From the NCBI GenBank assembly GCA_043228905.1, contig JBHGNT010000017.1, positions 15,686,001 through 15,750,000 on the forward strand: a stretch of DNA of 64,000 bases. Reading direction: 5' to 3'. Below the pieces are notes generated by a model. It had not been told where the DNA came from and did not search any database. It worked only from the letters and a program-made list of their open reading frames with translations. Position 1 is the stretch's first letter. Every line of letters starts with the position of its first letter. This stretch comes from Azolla caroliniana. Lineage: Eukaryota > Plantae > Polypodiophyta. Shown here piece after piece: positions 45,801-59,119 of this stretch. The position numbers and the translations under genes are program-made.

Positions 45801-48800
45801 TATTATAGGCCATATTGGCATTAGAAAATCTGGAGCATCATTGGTGGCATCAGGGCACACTTGATGAGTCACCTTACTATGAAGGATATTGATGCCATTC
45901 TAGAGAGACCATCCCGTGATTTCTTTATATGATTTCTTTGTACCTCCTGAATCTTGGTACCCACCTGCCCATTTTTGAATAGCACTATTGACCTCCCACC
46001 ATGCTGACCCAGCTCATGCTTCTGCTCGTGGATTTCCATCCCAATTCACGGTACTCTTTGTGTATGTGGTGCCCATGCATGATTTCTTTAGATGATTACT
46101 CTTGTGTCTCCCACATCTCGGTGTTGTGAAGCAATTGCTTCACGCTATAAAAACAAATTCAAATATTATCAAGTGACATTTGTGAACCTCGTGTACACCG
46201 ACAGTTTGACGCATCGAGCATGAACTGTACAACATCGATACCCACCTCTGCATGAATGAGTTGTACCTCTCACTCAGGCTGAACCAGCTTATACTTATCC
46301 TCGTAGATGCAGTCCTACTTCATACTGCTACTGGTGGATGTACTACTCTTGAATGATTGCTTGAGATGATTTCTCTTGTGCCTCCTGTATCTTAGTACCC
46401 ACTTCCCCATGGATGAGTATAACTACCAGCCTTTCACCTAGGCCAGTCAGCTAATATCACCCCTCGTTGATGTACTATCTGGCAGCTTTGTACTAACTTT
46501 GCTAAGCATAGTTTCTTTTCTTGCTTTTCATGTTATTATACACTATATCAGATCTGGCTGCAATTGCTTGGGTAAGTTTGGCCTTTTAAATGCAGTATAC
46601 AGCATTTCATTTTATTGCTCTCCTGAAAAAGAAAGTGGGGCAGCATGGATAACAAACTGCACTTAATTTCGTGTAGACATAAAATAGCTCACCATCTTAA
46701 GTGGTTGTTTGTAATTTGGATTAAACAGTCTATCAGAAAATGAGGAAATTAATAACAGTTTTGCACCTGTAAATTCTTTTTGCTTACGCCATTGTAATCT
46801 TGTAGATTGTTACGACACCACAACAATGTATAATGAGGGCATTGCAACCTATGAAAGAGAAAATGAGGGAAGGTTCTAGAATCCCTGAGTGTGGGGTTCT
46901 AACTGTAAGGGCTGAGGAGATGGCCAACTCCAAACGCATAGTTGAGATCAGGATTGATTGTTCTCAACTTGACAATAAAGATGTTTTCTCAAAGAGTGTG
47001 AGTTTTTATATAGTCTATAAGAACTGATTTTTCCTGCATTTAATGTGCCCCTGAGTGTTGCTTCCTTTTCATTATTTGTGTCTCTAGGATCCTTTCTTGC
47101 AAATCAGCAAAATGATAGAGGCTGGGTCTTCTTTCATACCCGTGTATAAGTCAGAAGTGAAGAAAAATAGCTTGAACCCTACATGGAAACCAATAAAAAT
47201 GAATCTTCAGCATCTGTGCAATGGTGACATGGTATTGGTTATGTTTATATTCTGAAGGTTATGAGTTGGTTTTATAAAACAAGCTAATGTTCTATGTCTT
47301 TGTCAGGATTGCCCTCTCAAGATTGAATGCTTAAATTTTAATGGCAGTGGAAGGCATGACTTGATTGGGTACTGCTGAATAAAGCCACTTTTAAAAATGA
47401 TGTTATTACGAAGAGATGCTTGTGTTTCTCATAACATTTATGTCTTTATCAGTGCTTTTCAGACATCTGTAAATCAACTGCAAAACATGGTAATTAATCA
47501 AGCTGAGACAATTAATCTGGAACGACTCTCTTCTGGTTATCAGCAATCTAGTAAGGTGTGCATGATTACATATGCAAAACTTAATACATCTAGAAGCTGT
47601 TGGTTATCGATATTGATAATCTTGGTGCATTTTTCCAGAATTGATGACCAAATACCGAATGTATATAACTTATTTTTTATGTATGCATGTGTGCAGTACT
47701 GCATATTTGTCAGTCATTTCTTGCTACTGGATCTTTTCTGTGGTTAAAAGTTATGTTAAACGACACAGCACAAAGCATAAATGGACCTAATATTACAGAA
47801 GCTGCCATACACAAACCCTAAATCGTAAAGCATAAATAAAACCTAAATTATTCTGTATATATTACATATGAGATAAGTCTATGTGATCCGCCAATATATT
47901 CTGGGTTCTGTAGTTCAGAGATTGCTTTAGCTGTCTTCAGAACTCGAGTGGAAAGTAGTTCTTTAGGGGTGTTCATCAACCAAATCTTACACATAGAAAG
48001 AGGCAGTTAGAGAGTCTTCATTCCTCGGCCACACTTCCAATTCACTCCCTGTCAAGTAGATCTTATCATAGGGCATGTGTGTACAATTGATATTATGATA
48101 TTTTTATTGTTTAAAGTAGAGTGCTAATGGAATAGATGGAAATGAGCTTGGAATATTCACACTATTCTAAAAAACTATACTGTGTGATTCTATGTGTATG
48201 GATAACTGCATGCTTTCTTCTATCACTGTTATATAAATAAAAAAAGTTATTTGGTAGAAGGCCAGTTGAAAAAAAGTTTGAAAATGCACAAATTATTGGT
48301 AAATGAGGTTGAAATGTTTACGTTATTTATAGAAGGCTATATTGTGTGATTGTTTTTGAATGGGTAACGGTACATTTTCTTCAATCACTATGATATTAGT
48401 TGAAACTGTACGTATTATTCGTAAATGAGGTTGAAATATTCAATTTTTTGTAGAAGGCTATTTGCGCAATTTTATCTGGATGGAGAATGACATGTTTTCG
48501 TATATCACTATTCTATTACATAGAAAACATTATCTAGTTTTGTGATAATGATATTTCTCTTTTATTTCTCCAGATTGGAGGACAACTACATGTTCGGAAA
48601 TGTGAGCTATCAGATCGGCTTAGCTTTTTGGATTATATTCGTAAAGGATTTGAATTAAGCTTCCTTGTGGCTATAGACTTCACTGGTGAGTGCTATAGTG
48701 CAAACAAGTCTTTGACCTTGAATTGATTGCATAGACGAGTTTCTGACTTGAGGCTTGCAGATACCTTAAATTTTCATTTTGTTTGAAAGTCTGCATATTC

Positions 48801-51800
48801 TTTATTCAGATAGGATCTCTCAGGGTAGTCTCTCTGTCTCTCAAGTTGTAGTAGCCTATCAGTAGTCATGTAGACTATATCAGAGCCTCTGAACACGCAT
48901 TAACCATGAACATAGGTTTGCTGTTGGCATGCCCCTCGTTAAAGAAAAAAACAAACATAAATCTTTCTTCTCTATTCTCTGTACTATTTATAGCTGCCTG
49001 TGCAGCTGAGATTTGCATTTATTGCTGCAGATCCATTATCATTGTGATTAAGAAATCATAATGCTTCAAATCACATTGTCTAATTGAGGGACTAGAGGAA
49101 ATCAAGGTCTCTGACCTGCCTGATTGGAGAGATATGGTTGCAGGTTATCTGGATATTGTTTTCTGTTTGTCTAGAATCGGTTTTGGTCGAGGCTCACATT
49201 TTCAAGTATCCAATGTCTATGGTCTAGCAATTTTGTTTGTCTCTTTTATTTTTAGGGTAAGAATACTACAAGCTTATCCTATGCAATGTTCACATCTTGA
49301 ATTTGTTCATTTAGCTGCATTTACCGTTTGGTTGTGCTCTGTTTCAATATCAGGCATTTCTGAACTAACTGCCTTTATTCTTTGTATGCTACTGAAATTT
49401 TCTTACATATATGTTTTCAGCTTCAAATGGAAGCCCATATCAAAGAGATTCACTGCATTATATTGATCCAGCAGGACGGCAAAATGCATACCAAGCAGTA
49501 GGGTGTAGAAATTGCAAAGTTTGCATGGAATATTTTTATTTTCTACAAGTATTTGACTTTGTTTTTAATCATTTGTTCTTAGGCTATTTCCGCTGTTGGT
49601 GAAGTTTTGGAATACTATGACTCAGATAAGCTGTTTTCTGTATGGGGTTTTGGTGGCAAACCTGATCCAGATTCACCTGTTTCTCATTGCTTCAATCTCA
49701 GCAAGAACTCAGATGAGGCAAGAATATTGCTTGATTCTAGTTAGTAATGTTAATGTCTTTTTTAAATTTTGTGTGGATGGCTGTACAGGTTAATGGAGTT
49801 GCAGGAATATCACAAATATATGAAGAGAAAATCCGCCATATACAGTTTGCTGGTCCTACATTATTTGGCCCTGTGATTAACAAGGCAACTATGGTAGCTC
49901 GAGAAGGTGCAGCTAAAAATCTTCACAAATACTATGTCCTGATGATAATCACTGTAATGCTGCCTTCTCTACACTCGTCTTGATATTTAATAATCCAATG
50001 GTTCACACACATTTGAATGAGGGTTTCAATGTGCAATATATGTTTAATGAACGATTTTTTGTGTTCTACCACCAGGATGGTGTTATCACAGATTTGCAAG
50101 AGAGCATAAATTCATTGGTACAAGCATCATCTTTTCCTTTGTCGGTTCTAATAGTTGGTGTAGGTGGGGCTGACTTTACTGAAATGGAGGTATGCTTATT
50201 TACTTTTCTGTTAAACTTTGACAGGTTCACTTTTATAGCACGGAAAATGTTTAATTAGAGACAACCTAGTGCAAAACTGATCTCACTCGGGCTTGGCATG
50301 AATATGTAAATGTACTCTATGACATTTCTGAGAAGCCCTCCTCCCCTACACACAGGGCTCATACCCTCATGAATCCACCCTTTTCACTCCATGCAAATTG
50401 CAAGATGCCATTAATAGGTTGTGATTTGGAATTGCTGAAGATCATGATGGGTGAAATTTTATCTATGCCTGTGACATCTTGCTCCTGTGTCCTTTTCACA
50501 TCTTTAATAAGGGCTATGTTTGAAGGCTTCTCTACTAGCGGGGGAGAGCATACTATTGTACTGATATTCAAGAGCGGAAATTTCATGACACCTAGCAATT
50601 GTTGGACTATCATGATTGGCCATTAATTGGCTAAAACTGTATGGTTTGATCCTTGAGTCTGAATTGAGTTTACAGGCAGAGAATTGCAGTTCTGAATGGG
50701 GTTCACAACTTTGGATCACACATTGACTCCCGGATCCTTTACTGAGGAGGGGAGATATCCCATAAAAGGATAACCTATTGTTGCTTTATTTAGCTATGTA
50801 TGATGTGCTCAGCTTATGCAGCAACCAGAAGCCCTTCGAGTCCTTGTAGATTGGAATGCAGAAGGAATCTACGCACTATATAATTAGTTTCAAGGAAAGT
50901 GCACATTCCTATTGGATTATTGAAGGTCATAAGCATGTACATTTGAAGTAAACCAATGGTGCCCAGTGTCACCCACTCTCTTCAGTCTTTATATAGATGA
51001 GATATCCAATTACATATAGAGATTGGGTTGTTCAGGATCATGCTTAACTGTAGTAACCATACTGTTACTACTGTATGCCAATGATATGTTGGTTTCCAAC
51101 TCTCTGGAGGGACTATGGACTATAAAAGGAATCTAAATGCTTTCTTATAATTTTGTATAGAGAAGAGTTTGTTGACCAAACTTGGTAAAGTTAAAGTGAT
51201 GATTTTTAACACTTATCAAGTGTGGGTAGGGAGATTAGAACTGGAATTCTTCTTGGGATAAGCAAAGGTGGCTTACATACGATCCTGGACATATCTAGGA
51301 GTAACATTCATAGGGCCTAGGTTCTCCCTACTGTTATCATCTTGTTCTCGATTTTCTGATGAATATGCTGCTCTTGTTACCCTTGAAAGACAATTTGCGT
51401 ATGTACTGTTCCAAGAACCTCAAACTAAATTGTGGCTATTTGATACATGTAATGTTGATGACTCTATGGAGTAGAAATTTGGGAACCAAACCTTATAGGA
51501 CATGTCTGGACAGATTCAATGAGGCCTTTTGTCTCAATGATTGCCCGCATGATAAGGAACAAAGCATTGGAACCCCATGATGTAACCTGTGGAGACTGCT
51601 GCAGCCCCAATTGCGACTGAGGTATTATTGTGATCATTGACTGACATCCAAAGGATTTATGTCACCAAAACCGCTTGCTGAACATGGACATAACCATTGT
51701 GGACATTCTGAATTGCTGGCATTAGTATAAACACACCAAATTCATTCCAATATAACGTGGATTGTCCACACTTAGACATGACCAAAGTAGAAAGGAACAG

Positions 51801-52568
51801 AGTGATCCAATTGATATCATTAAATATGATAATGAAAGGACATGAATCAATTTGATGACATCTCATGTTAGGAAGATGGCCATTTATAAAGCACCTTGTT
51901 TACACCTCAATCAAGACACTTAAAAAGGTTTATAATAAGGCCACATATAAAGGCCCTTGGGATTCACGAATAAAGGCCATCATAGCCTTTGGTGCTTCCC
52001 TCGCTTTGAAGATCTCTTGATATTGGAGATTTTTTGAAGGCAAGAGTTTCAGTCATTTAACTTCAGAATCTTAAGTGCTTAAATAACTAGATTCTTTAGT
52101 ACCATATGTCTAGTTATATTTATTTTGGTTTGTTCTCAAAGACAAGACAACATTTTTAGGTATAATCTCTGGTTTGGTTTTATAGGCTATTTTGCTCCTT
52201 TAACAGACTTTTAATCTATCTTTCTTCTGTCATCGTGGATATGCTTTTAAGAGTCAGAAACCATCATATGGATTGAACTGAATAACCCCAGAACTTGTAA
52301 TTTGCAGTATCTGGATGCAGATAGAGGAAGACTTCAGTCATCTGATAGAAGCAAGGTTGCAGCTCGAGACATTGTACAATTTGTACCAATAAGGGATGCG
52401 ACAGGTTAGTGCTCCTAGAGTGAGAGTAGGGGTATTCATTGCTTCAAGATTTTCAAAATTCATGATTGTCTTTCAGGTGCAGTTTCACTTGCAAGGGTGC
52501 TGCTTGCAGAGCTTCCTACACAATTTCTAGAATACATGCAGAACATGAATATTGTACCTGAAGGGTAA
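39801..52568 (+). CDS. BON: Copine / BONZAI-like Ca2+-dependent phospholipid-binding protein (two C2 domains plus vWA), about 575 aa
   Basis: 16 exons: 39801-39932, 41961-42008, 42126-42274, 42371-42419, 44055-44111, 46806-46997, 47088-47231, 47307-47368, 47453-47555, 48574-48685, 49421-49497, 49583-49717, 49789-49953, 50076-50189, 52308-52404, 52477-52568; 1728 nt in frame. MGVCFS acylation-type N-terminus, [58 protein letters not shown]. Probable 5'-UTR intron ending at 39722. Confidence 0.93.
42474..42788. mobile_element. hAT-type MITE in copine intron 4
   Basis: TIRs TAGGAATCGGCAACGG / CCGTTGCCGATTCCTA; 8-bp TSD CCTCCTAC / CCTCCTAT; many internal AACCG/CGGTT motifs. Confidence 0.9.
42822..42992. 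repeat. About 65-bp direct duplication in copine intron 4
   Basis: GGAAATATTAAAGGACTATGGCTATTCTGTTTC...CACTAATATT occurs at about 42823 and again at about 42925. Confidence 0.8.
44885..45270. repeat. Three tandem copies of a unit of about 95 bp with an internal inverted repeat (period about 140-155 bp)
   Basis: ATGATTAGTGTCAAGTCCCCTTTTT...AAAATATCCAC...GAGACTAAAAAGGGGGGAGTTTATGAACCTTT at about 44885, 45024 and 45179. Confidence 0.9.
48172..48520. repeat. Three degenerate direct repeats (about 120-160 bp) in copine intron 9
   Basis: GTAAATGAGGTTGAAAT and AGAAGGCTAT...TATCACTA recur. Confidence 0.65.
50990..51600 (+). mobile_element. Decayed RTE-like LINE RT fragment in copine intron 14
   Basis: LLYANDML (YADD-like), [33 protein letters not shown]. 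Confidence 0.6.
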
Positions 52569-55500
52569 TGGTTAAGCAGATTATGTGGAAATATGTGCCA
52601 TTGCAGCCACATGTATGAATGAATTCCAAAGGTTAGTTCAAGGATTCATTGCTGGTCATGTGAGAAAAATTATTATAATGTGGTAAATAAAGTATTGGTA
52701 ATAATTTATACTGATGCTTTTGGGGGTTTTGTATAAAAATTATTTTATATTTCCAGTTATCAAAGTACACTAGTACTATAAACTCATTTAGACAGGCATG
52801 ATATTTGTAAGCTTATTTGATGGTGCCTTGCATGTTGTAAAATAGATTTCAAAATGAAATTTGTGTTTTAAGACATTATCATAATCTTAGATGACGAATT
52901 AAAAATGATTTGACCCTGTTTATATTGAAGTGTTTTTGGGCTCATGGCTCACATCCCACATTAGATAAAGTAGCATTCAAAAAGATAACTGAGTACTAGT
53001 TAAAGACACATAGAGTTAGAACCTGTAAGAAAAATTTGTATGCAATAGAGAAGAATTCAAATGGTTAAAATGTCATGAAAGTGTTGGTATTTATGAACTA
53101 TGGTTTTTACACCTTTCTACATGCCGTTTATCAGGCCAATGGATATTTTTAGACAGCTTGAACGATGGTTCTTGCATTTACTTATGAGGTTGGGCTATTT
53201 GTGTGAAGTACCCATTCTTGACGATGAACTGTTAACCATGCTTCAACTTTAACCAATGCTCTATCTCAATGGTCCAAGAGAGATCTATAATCATATTGTG
53301 TTTGATATTAAGGAAACATTCATGTAAACTAATCTTATTCAACAGAATCCATTAGTTGTGGGAATAGTACGAAGAAACTAGAAGCTTCCATCCATCAAAA
53401 GAATGCTCGACGCTTACTCATATAATTTTCCTTTCTATTGACATGATTTACAACATACTTGTATACTATCAAAATAGGTTAACAAAACATATCCTTATGC
53501 AACAGTATATAAAAATCCAACTTGGGTGAATCTAGGGTGCATGTTGTAGAGTTGAGTTGTGGTATTTTTGTTGGTGTTGGATTAAGCCATGTTTATTTCT
53601 TGTTTGTGTAGCCATGTATCTTGGTCAGGATATCCCAATTTTGCTACATATGCCTTGATAATTAATCTCTCTCATTTAATCTTGGCCTAATATCTAGCAC
53701 AACATTTGGTTCTTCCACGTATTTGCTGGTAACTAGCTCTATGGTAGTATAAACATTCTCATTTTTGAAATTTGTACCATGCATCAGCAAAATCCAAGAA
53801 CTCTATGAAGTTGAAATGTTTAGAAATGTTTTCAAAGATAATTATAAACTTGTGAGCGTATGAAAGACCTAGTGTAGACTATGTTCATTTTAGGTGGAAA
53901 TGGTAAGTAAGAATTTGTTTATTCATTGCTTTATATTTTATTTGCCTTGGTCTAGTTCCTTGGGGTATTTTTAAAGTAGTGCAATTGAGGATACAAGAAA
54001 GTGGGCCACGTGGCAAACTATACTCATAGGATTTTTCTTTGCCTTCTTTGCAGTATGGTGTTCTTAGTGATGATGTTAGAGCATAACTACAATATTCTAT
54101 TACTTTGTTGAATAAAACATTGGAAGTGGTAAGTTCCACAATCAAAATAAAACAATGGGATCGTTAAATGGATTACTCAATATAGGTTTGGTTGCAGAAA
54201 ATTTACAATAGAGTTGTTGCAATGGCAAATAGGGTTGTAATGAGTTAACAAATTTGATACATCTCTCCAATTCAACTAAAACTTTTTGATGATGGATGTG
54301 CCAAAGATTGAGGAACATGATGCAAAAAATCCAATAAAACATGTTAGGCATTCCATTTTCAAAGTCCTTTTGGTCTTTATACTTGCATCAAAAGAACAAC
54401 ATAAAAGTTGTGGATAGAAAGAGTTTGTCAATCGTGCATGTGTTAATAGATCACGTCTCACTATATATTGCGCTTTCAAGAGCAAGACCAAGTCTAACAC
54501 TTAACACAACACCAAAAACAGCATTAATGTATATATACCATTGAAGTCCATAAAATTCTGTTGCAATAATAGAAGCACATACAAATGACTTGGTGACATG
54601 TTTAAACATACATGTACTATGATTGTTCTATGGAAAAATGACACATGCTTACAATCAATCTCCCCAATAGTTTGTTTTGAACACAATATCTCGTAAAGTG
54701 AATTTCCTAATCCAAATCACATCAAATAATGCACATTTTGTAGACTTCGAAGAATCACACTTTTTATAGAATCATTAAAATATACATAACATACACTTCA
54801 CCATAACAGAAAAAATATGCAAAAGCTTTCATATAAGTTAATTTGCAACATTAACACTTTACAAGAACATGAACCTTGTTTCAAAGAAAATGATATCATG
54901 TCATTGGATGATACATGTTTTATACCATAGACTCCTCCATCCCTCAATACGATAAATTGAAAAATAATTTTAATGAAAATGAAAGAAGTTTATGATAATG
55001 CATCTTTTATTGGTAGCATCTTGATGTGAAGATTGAAGTAAAACATCAATGTACCTAAAACATTTTAATAGACTTTCAAAAATCCAAATTTTCTTCTCAA
55101 TATTGAAAATTATTACACAAATATGTCACATATGGACAAATGCTATTAATGAAACCAAAACATATAATCATGTCATTAATTGTTAAGACCATAATCATGC
55201 AAATTATTAGAGAAAAATTACCAATGTTATTATAGGGCAATTTTGAAGCTAAGGGGTATCTTTCTACTTCCAACATATCAATGTTTTCCCCTTCATTATC
55301 AAGCAATGCTAAAGCCCAAGGATATTTTATGCGAATTTTAAATATCCAAGACGGTTATAAAAACTATAAAACCATGCTATCTTTTTTAACTCTTTGGTGT
55401 TAATGACAAAACAAGTGCCAATTTCTCCCTTCGATGATTACTATGAGTCTTGATATGAATCTATTCCAAAATTTCCCCTTATTATAGATTGATGAACTAT

Positions 55501-55892
55501 AAACAAGATTCACAATTAGAAAAGCATTCACACTTTAGTTTTCTTAATGGCACATTAAAAAAGAAATTAGATTTTGCAGGTTCTTCATTATATACATTAG
55601 GTTGAAACAATGATGCAACGTGTAACCTTTGAATCACAATGCTTGACTCAAGGGCAAGAAAGAATTAGATCATTAACATCCATAAGGAAATGGAATATGG
55701 TTGAGGAAATGGGCTACATAGAGAGACCTATGAATCAACAAACGATGGAGAAGGTTGACCTTGAGAACTTGGCTAAATGTTGCTTCACCTTCAAAAGCAT
55801 AGGGAATCAACGGTTACATTAGCATGTGGGATGTAACGACAATCACACACAATTAATTTCTTCCATATCTCTTTACATAGAGGAATCACCAT

Positions 55893-55935
<43 letters not shown>

Positions 55936-56884
55936 AAAGGAATACCCATTGCAAAGGAGATTGTAAGTATTAAGATATAAAGCACATAGGTCATGCCATC
56001 ACCAAATTATAGAGTTAATTGCTCGCCATGTCTAGATGCACTTGTTAAACTTGGTCATAACATCATTTCACTATCCCAACCAAGATTGGATATAAAGTAT
56101 TGTGACCATTACTCTGATACATATTAGCTATGCACGTCATGCTCATAAGCCATTTAAAATTTCCTTCCACCACATGTTTCGGATGATGATAGAGGAAATT
56201 CACCCGTATTTGTAATCACGATTTGTTAAATACGTCACTTTGTTTCAAAGCAGGAGATGAGAGTTAAGTATCAACTTATTCTACAATCATGGTGAGCTGA
56301 ACAATTGCTAGATCCTATAGCATTATATATCATGGGCCGAATGTAGAAACAAATGAACACTTGGACAACCAAGGTTTAGACCAAAACACATAATTGTAGA
56401 TCATTTGGTTACATTAAGAGCAATTATAGAAGAAAGTTAGATACAAGGAAAAATACTCCACTTTTGTTTTATTGATTAAAAAAACGATTATATGAGCAAG
56501 TTAGATGCCTCCTAAAAAATTGAGAAATGGATTCTCAAAATACATTTGAAGTAACATGGGGGTTAAAAAGGGTGTGCACTATCACCTCCACTCTTTGGTT
56601 TATGCATTGATAAATTGGAAGAAGTGGTGAATAATGTTAGAAGAGAAGAAGGATTAGATGCTCCAAAAGTTATGCGACAAATTATTTTATTGTTTTTTTT
56701 ATACAAATGATGTGGTTCTCTTTTCATGTAATGTTGATGGTATGCAATGTTTACTTTGAGCATTAGAAGCATTTTGCCCAAGTGGAGGGCCAACTCTGAA
56801 TATGGATATTAAAACAAAAATGATGTTATTGTGAACCATTTAACCTCACTGATATTGCACGCTTACAAATAAGCTGTCAACACT

Positions 56885-57400
56885 AAGACAAGATAGCGAT
56901 AGAAAGCTAGATAGATTATATTATCATATTCGGAGGTCAAATATGACGTATGAGACCAAAAATATTACATTTCACGCGATACGTGTGAAAGTGAGTAGCG
57001 ACTCTCAATGTTCAATAACTTTACCAATGAATGTTGCAATCGAGAGTGCACATTGTGGTTGTGAGAGAAATTCGTGCAAGGATTGGGGTTGGTCAAAGAT
57101 GTGTGGAAAGCATGGTCGAATATGATCAAAGGTAAAGCATAGTTTCGAAGTGTGATACTCAGACTCTTGAACTTGTTTAGATCAAAGTGTGCAAAGTCGA
57201 CCACTCTCATCACTTGAGCCCCAACGCCATGTCTCACATCGCAATGCATGTGAACTAAGTTGCATGGAGGCAATGGTTCGAATGGAAGCCAACGGAATGT
57301 GCTCTAACATGTACCAATGTGTACGATTTCCATGTTCTGCGAAGAATATGGTTTTGTAGTTAGGTGCAACATGTGTAGTATAATGTGTGAAGCGTGAACC
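56885..57400 (-). mobile_element. LINE 3' end remnant (RTE-like) with (TATC)-like tail
   Basis: IASMQLSSHALRCETWRWG...GRLCTL motif; GATA-like repeats at about 56890-56917 mark the tail. Confidence 0.65.
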
Positions 57401-57478
57401 TCCACATTTTTCCCATGTCATGATACATTGGCATTGCAAAAAGGCCTCATTTACAAAGGAATCTAATGATGCATCATT

Positions 57479-57532
<54 letters not shown>

Positions 57533-57535
57533 TAT

Positions 57536-57914
57536 CTTAGTTGCAAAGGTTGCCCAATGGAGACCAAGTGGTCATGGGTTTAACCCCAACATTTCACAAT
57601 GGTATCTAGTGAAATAAGAGATATTTATGGAGTAATGGAGAGGTGAGAAAATTGGGTTTCCAACCCAAGATGTAGAGCTAAATTCTAATAGTGTAAATGA
57701 CTTTCCACTAGGGTAAGCTAAATATGATAAACAAAAGAAGGGAGAGCTTAGTTGGTAAGGTTGCCCAATAGAGACCAGGTGGTCATGGGTTAAACCCCTA
57801 CATTTCACAGTGGCATCTAGTGAAATAAGAGATATCTTTGGAGTAATAAAGAGATGAGGAAATTGGGTTTTGAACCCAAGATGTAGTGCTAGTAGTCCAA
57901 ACAACTTACCACTA
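57536..57914 (+). repeat. Two tandem units of about 211 bp with tRNA-like heads; unit 2 continues at 59122-59142 after the transposon insertion
   Basis: CTTAGTTG...GGTTGCCCAAT...GGTCATGGGTT..ACCC...CTAGTGAAATAAGAGATAT...AACCCAAGATGTAG at 57536 and 57747. Confidence 0.85.
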
Positions 57915-59119
57915 CAGTAGACATTCGGTTAAGTGCGCACTTTGAACGCAAGGAAGAAGTGCGCACTTAACCGAGCTGCGCACTTAGGGGTTTTTGGAAA
58001 TTTTTAGGGTTTTCTGATATATTTTCCTTCTGTATGCTAATCATACAATTATTTATAAGAAAATTGATAAATTTATGTGATAAATTGACCTACAATGTTT
58101 CTAGTTCCACCATTCATACTTTTCAATTTCTTTCTCTCAAACATTTTAGGGTTTTTGGGAAATTTTTAGGGTTTTCTGAAATATTTTTCCTTCTGTATGC
58201 TAATCATACAATTCTTGATAAGAAAAGTGATCAATTTATGTGTTAAATTAACCTAAAATGTTTCTAGTTTCACCATACACACTCTTCAATTTCTTTCTCA
58301 GTTCTAGATGGTATTTGTCTTTTTGCTACATCTGAGAAATACATCCATTATGCAACAAACCTAATGAGCTTCCTTGGATGCATCATGCGATGGGATTTTT
58401 TCTTGCGTTTTCTTCCTAGTGGCAGCAAGTTTGAGGAATTGAAGTAGAGATGGAGGAGACAAAAAAAAGAGAGAGGGGGAGCAACAGATAGATCACCGAC
58501 TACAACTTTTGTCATCTAAACAAGATGCACAGAAAGAGAGAAGGAGGGAGAGAGGCTTTCTTCATGCAAGAAAAGAGCACACACAGATGTGATACAGGCA
58601 CACACAGAAAGAGAAGGAGAACAGATGGATATGTTGCGCGTGGAGAAGGAGAACTCACGTTCACAGCCAATTGCTACAAAACTTGACTATATTCATGATC
58701 ATCAAGATTTGTTTTCCATTCTTTGCTTATGTTCTTTAATCAAGAATCAAAATCACAGATTTGTAATCGTAACACACACACACACACATGTAGAACACAC
58801 GACACACATGACATACCCACAGAAACTCCTTTCGTTGTTTTCTTAATGTTTGGACTCGCCCTCGTTACCATAACACTTCTTGGTTCCTATGTGACTAAAC
58901 TTGTGGGATGTCCTTGTACTCGTAAACACACACATAGACATACCCACAAAAGCTCCTTTCGTTGTTTTCTGAATGTTTGGAACATAGTTTTAACTTGGTT
59001 TGATGTAATTTCGTCATGAAACAATGTAATTTTTTTGATCCGGATTTCGACCACTAAGAAAAGCGCACTTAATAGAATGGTGCACTTATGTGGGCACACA
59101 CTTAACCGAATGTCTACTG
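57915..59119. mobile_element. Non-autonomous Tc1/mariner-superfamily (pogo-like) DNA transposon, 1205 bp
   Basis: Perfect 21-bp TIR CAGTAGACATTCGGTTAAGTG with TA on both sides; subterminal AAGTGCGCACTT palindromes; internal duplication of about 160 bp (about 57985-58300). Confidence 0.92.

Noticed and set aside
7348-52568. DnaJ, RDR and copine as a defence gene cluster
   Set aside because: The functions are only loosely related and nothing in the sequence shows co-regulation; synteny data would be needed.
53600-56850. Possible decayed DNA-transposon or Helitron coding sequence
   Set aside because: AT-rich with only short ORFs; no motif could be recognised with confidence. A translated profile search is needed.
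57910-57920. CACTA terminus at 57910
   Set aside because: The right end reads CTGTATTC, not TAGTG; the TIR pair and TA flanks fit Tc1/mariner instead.
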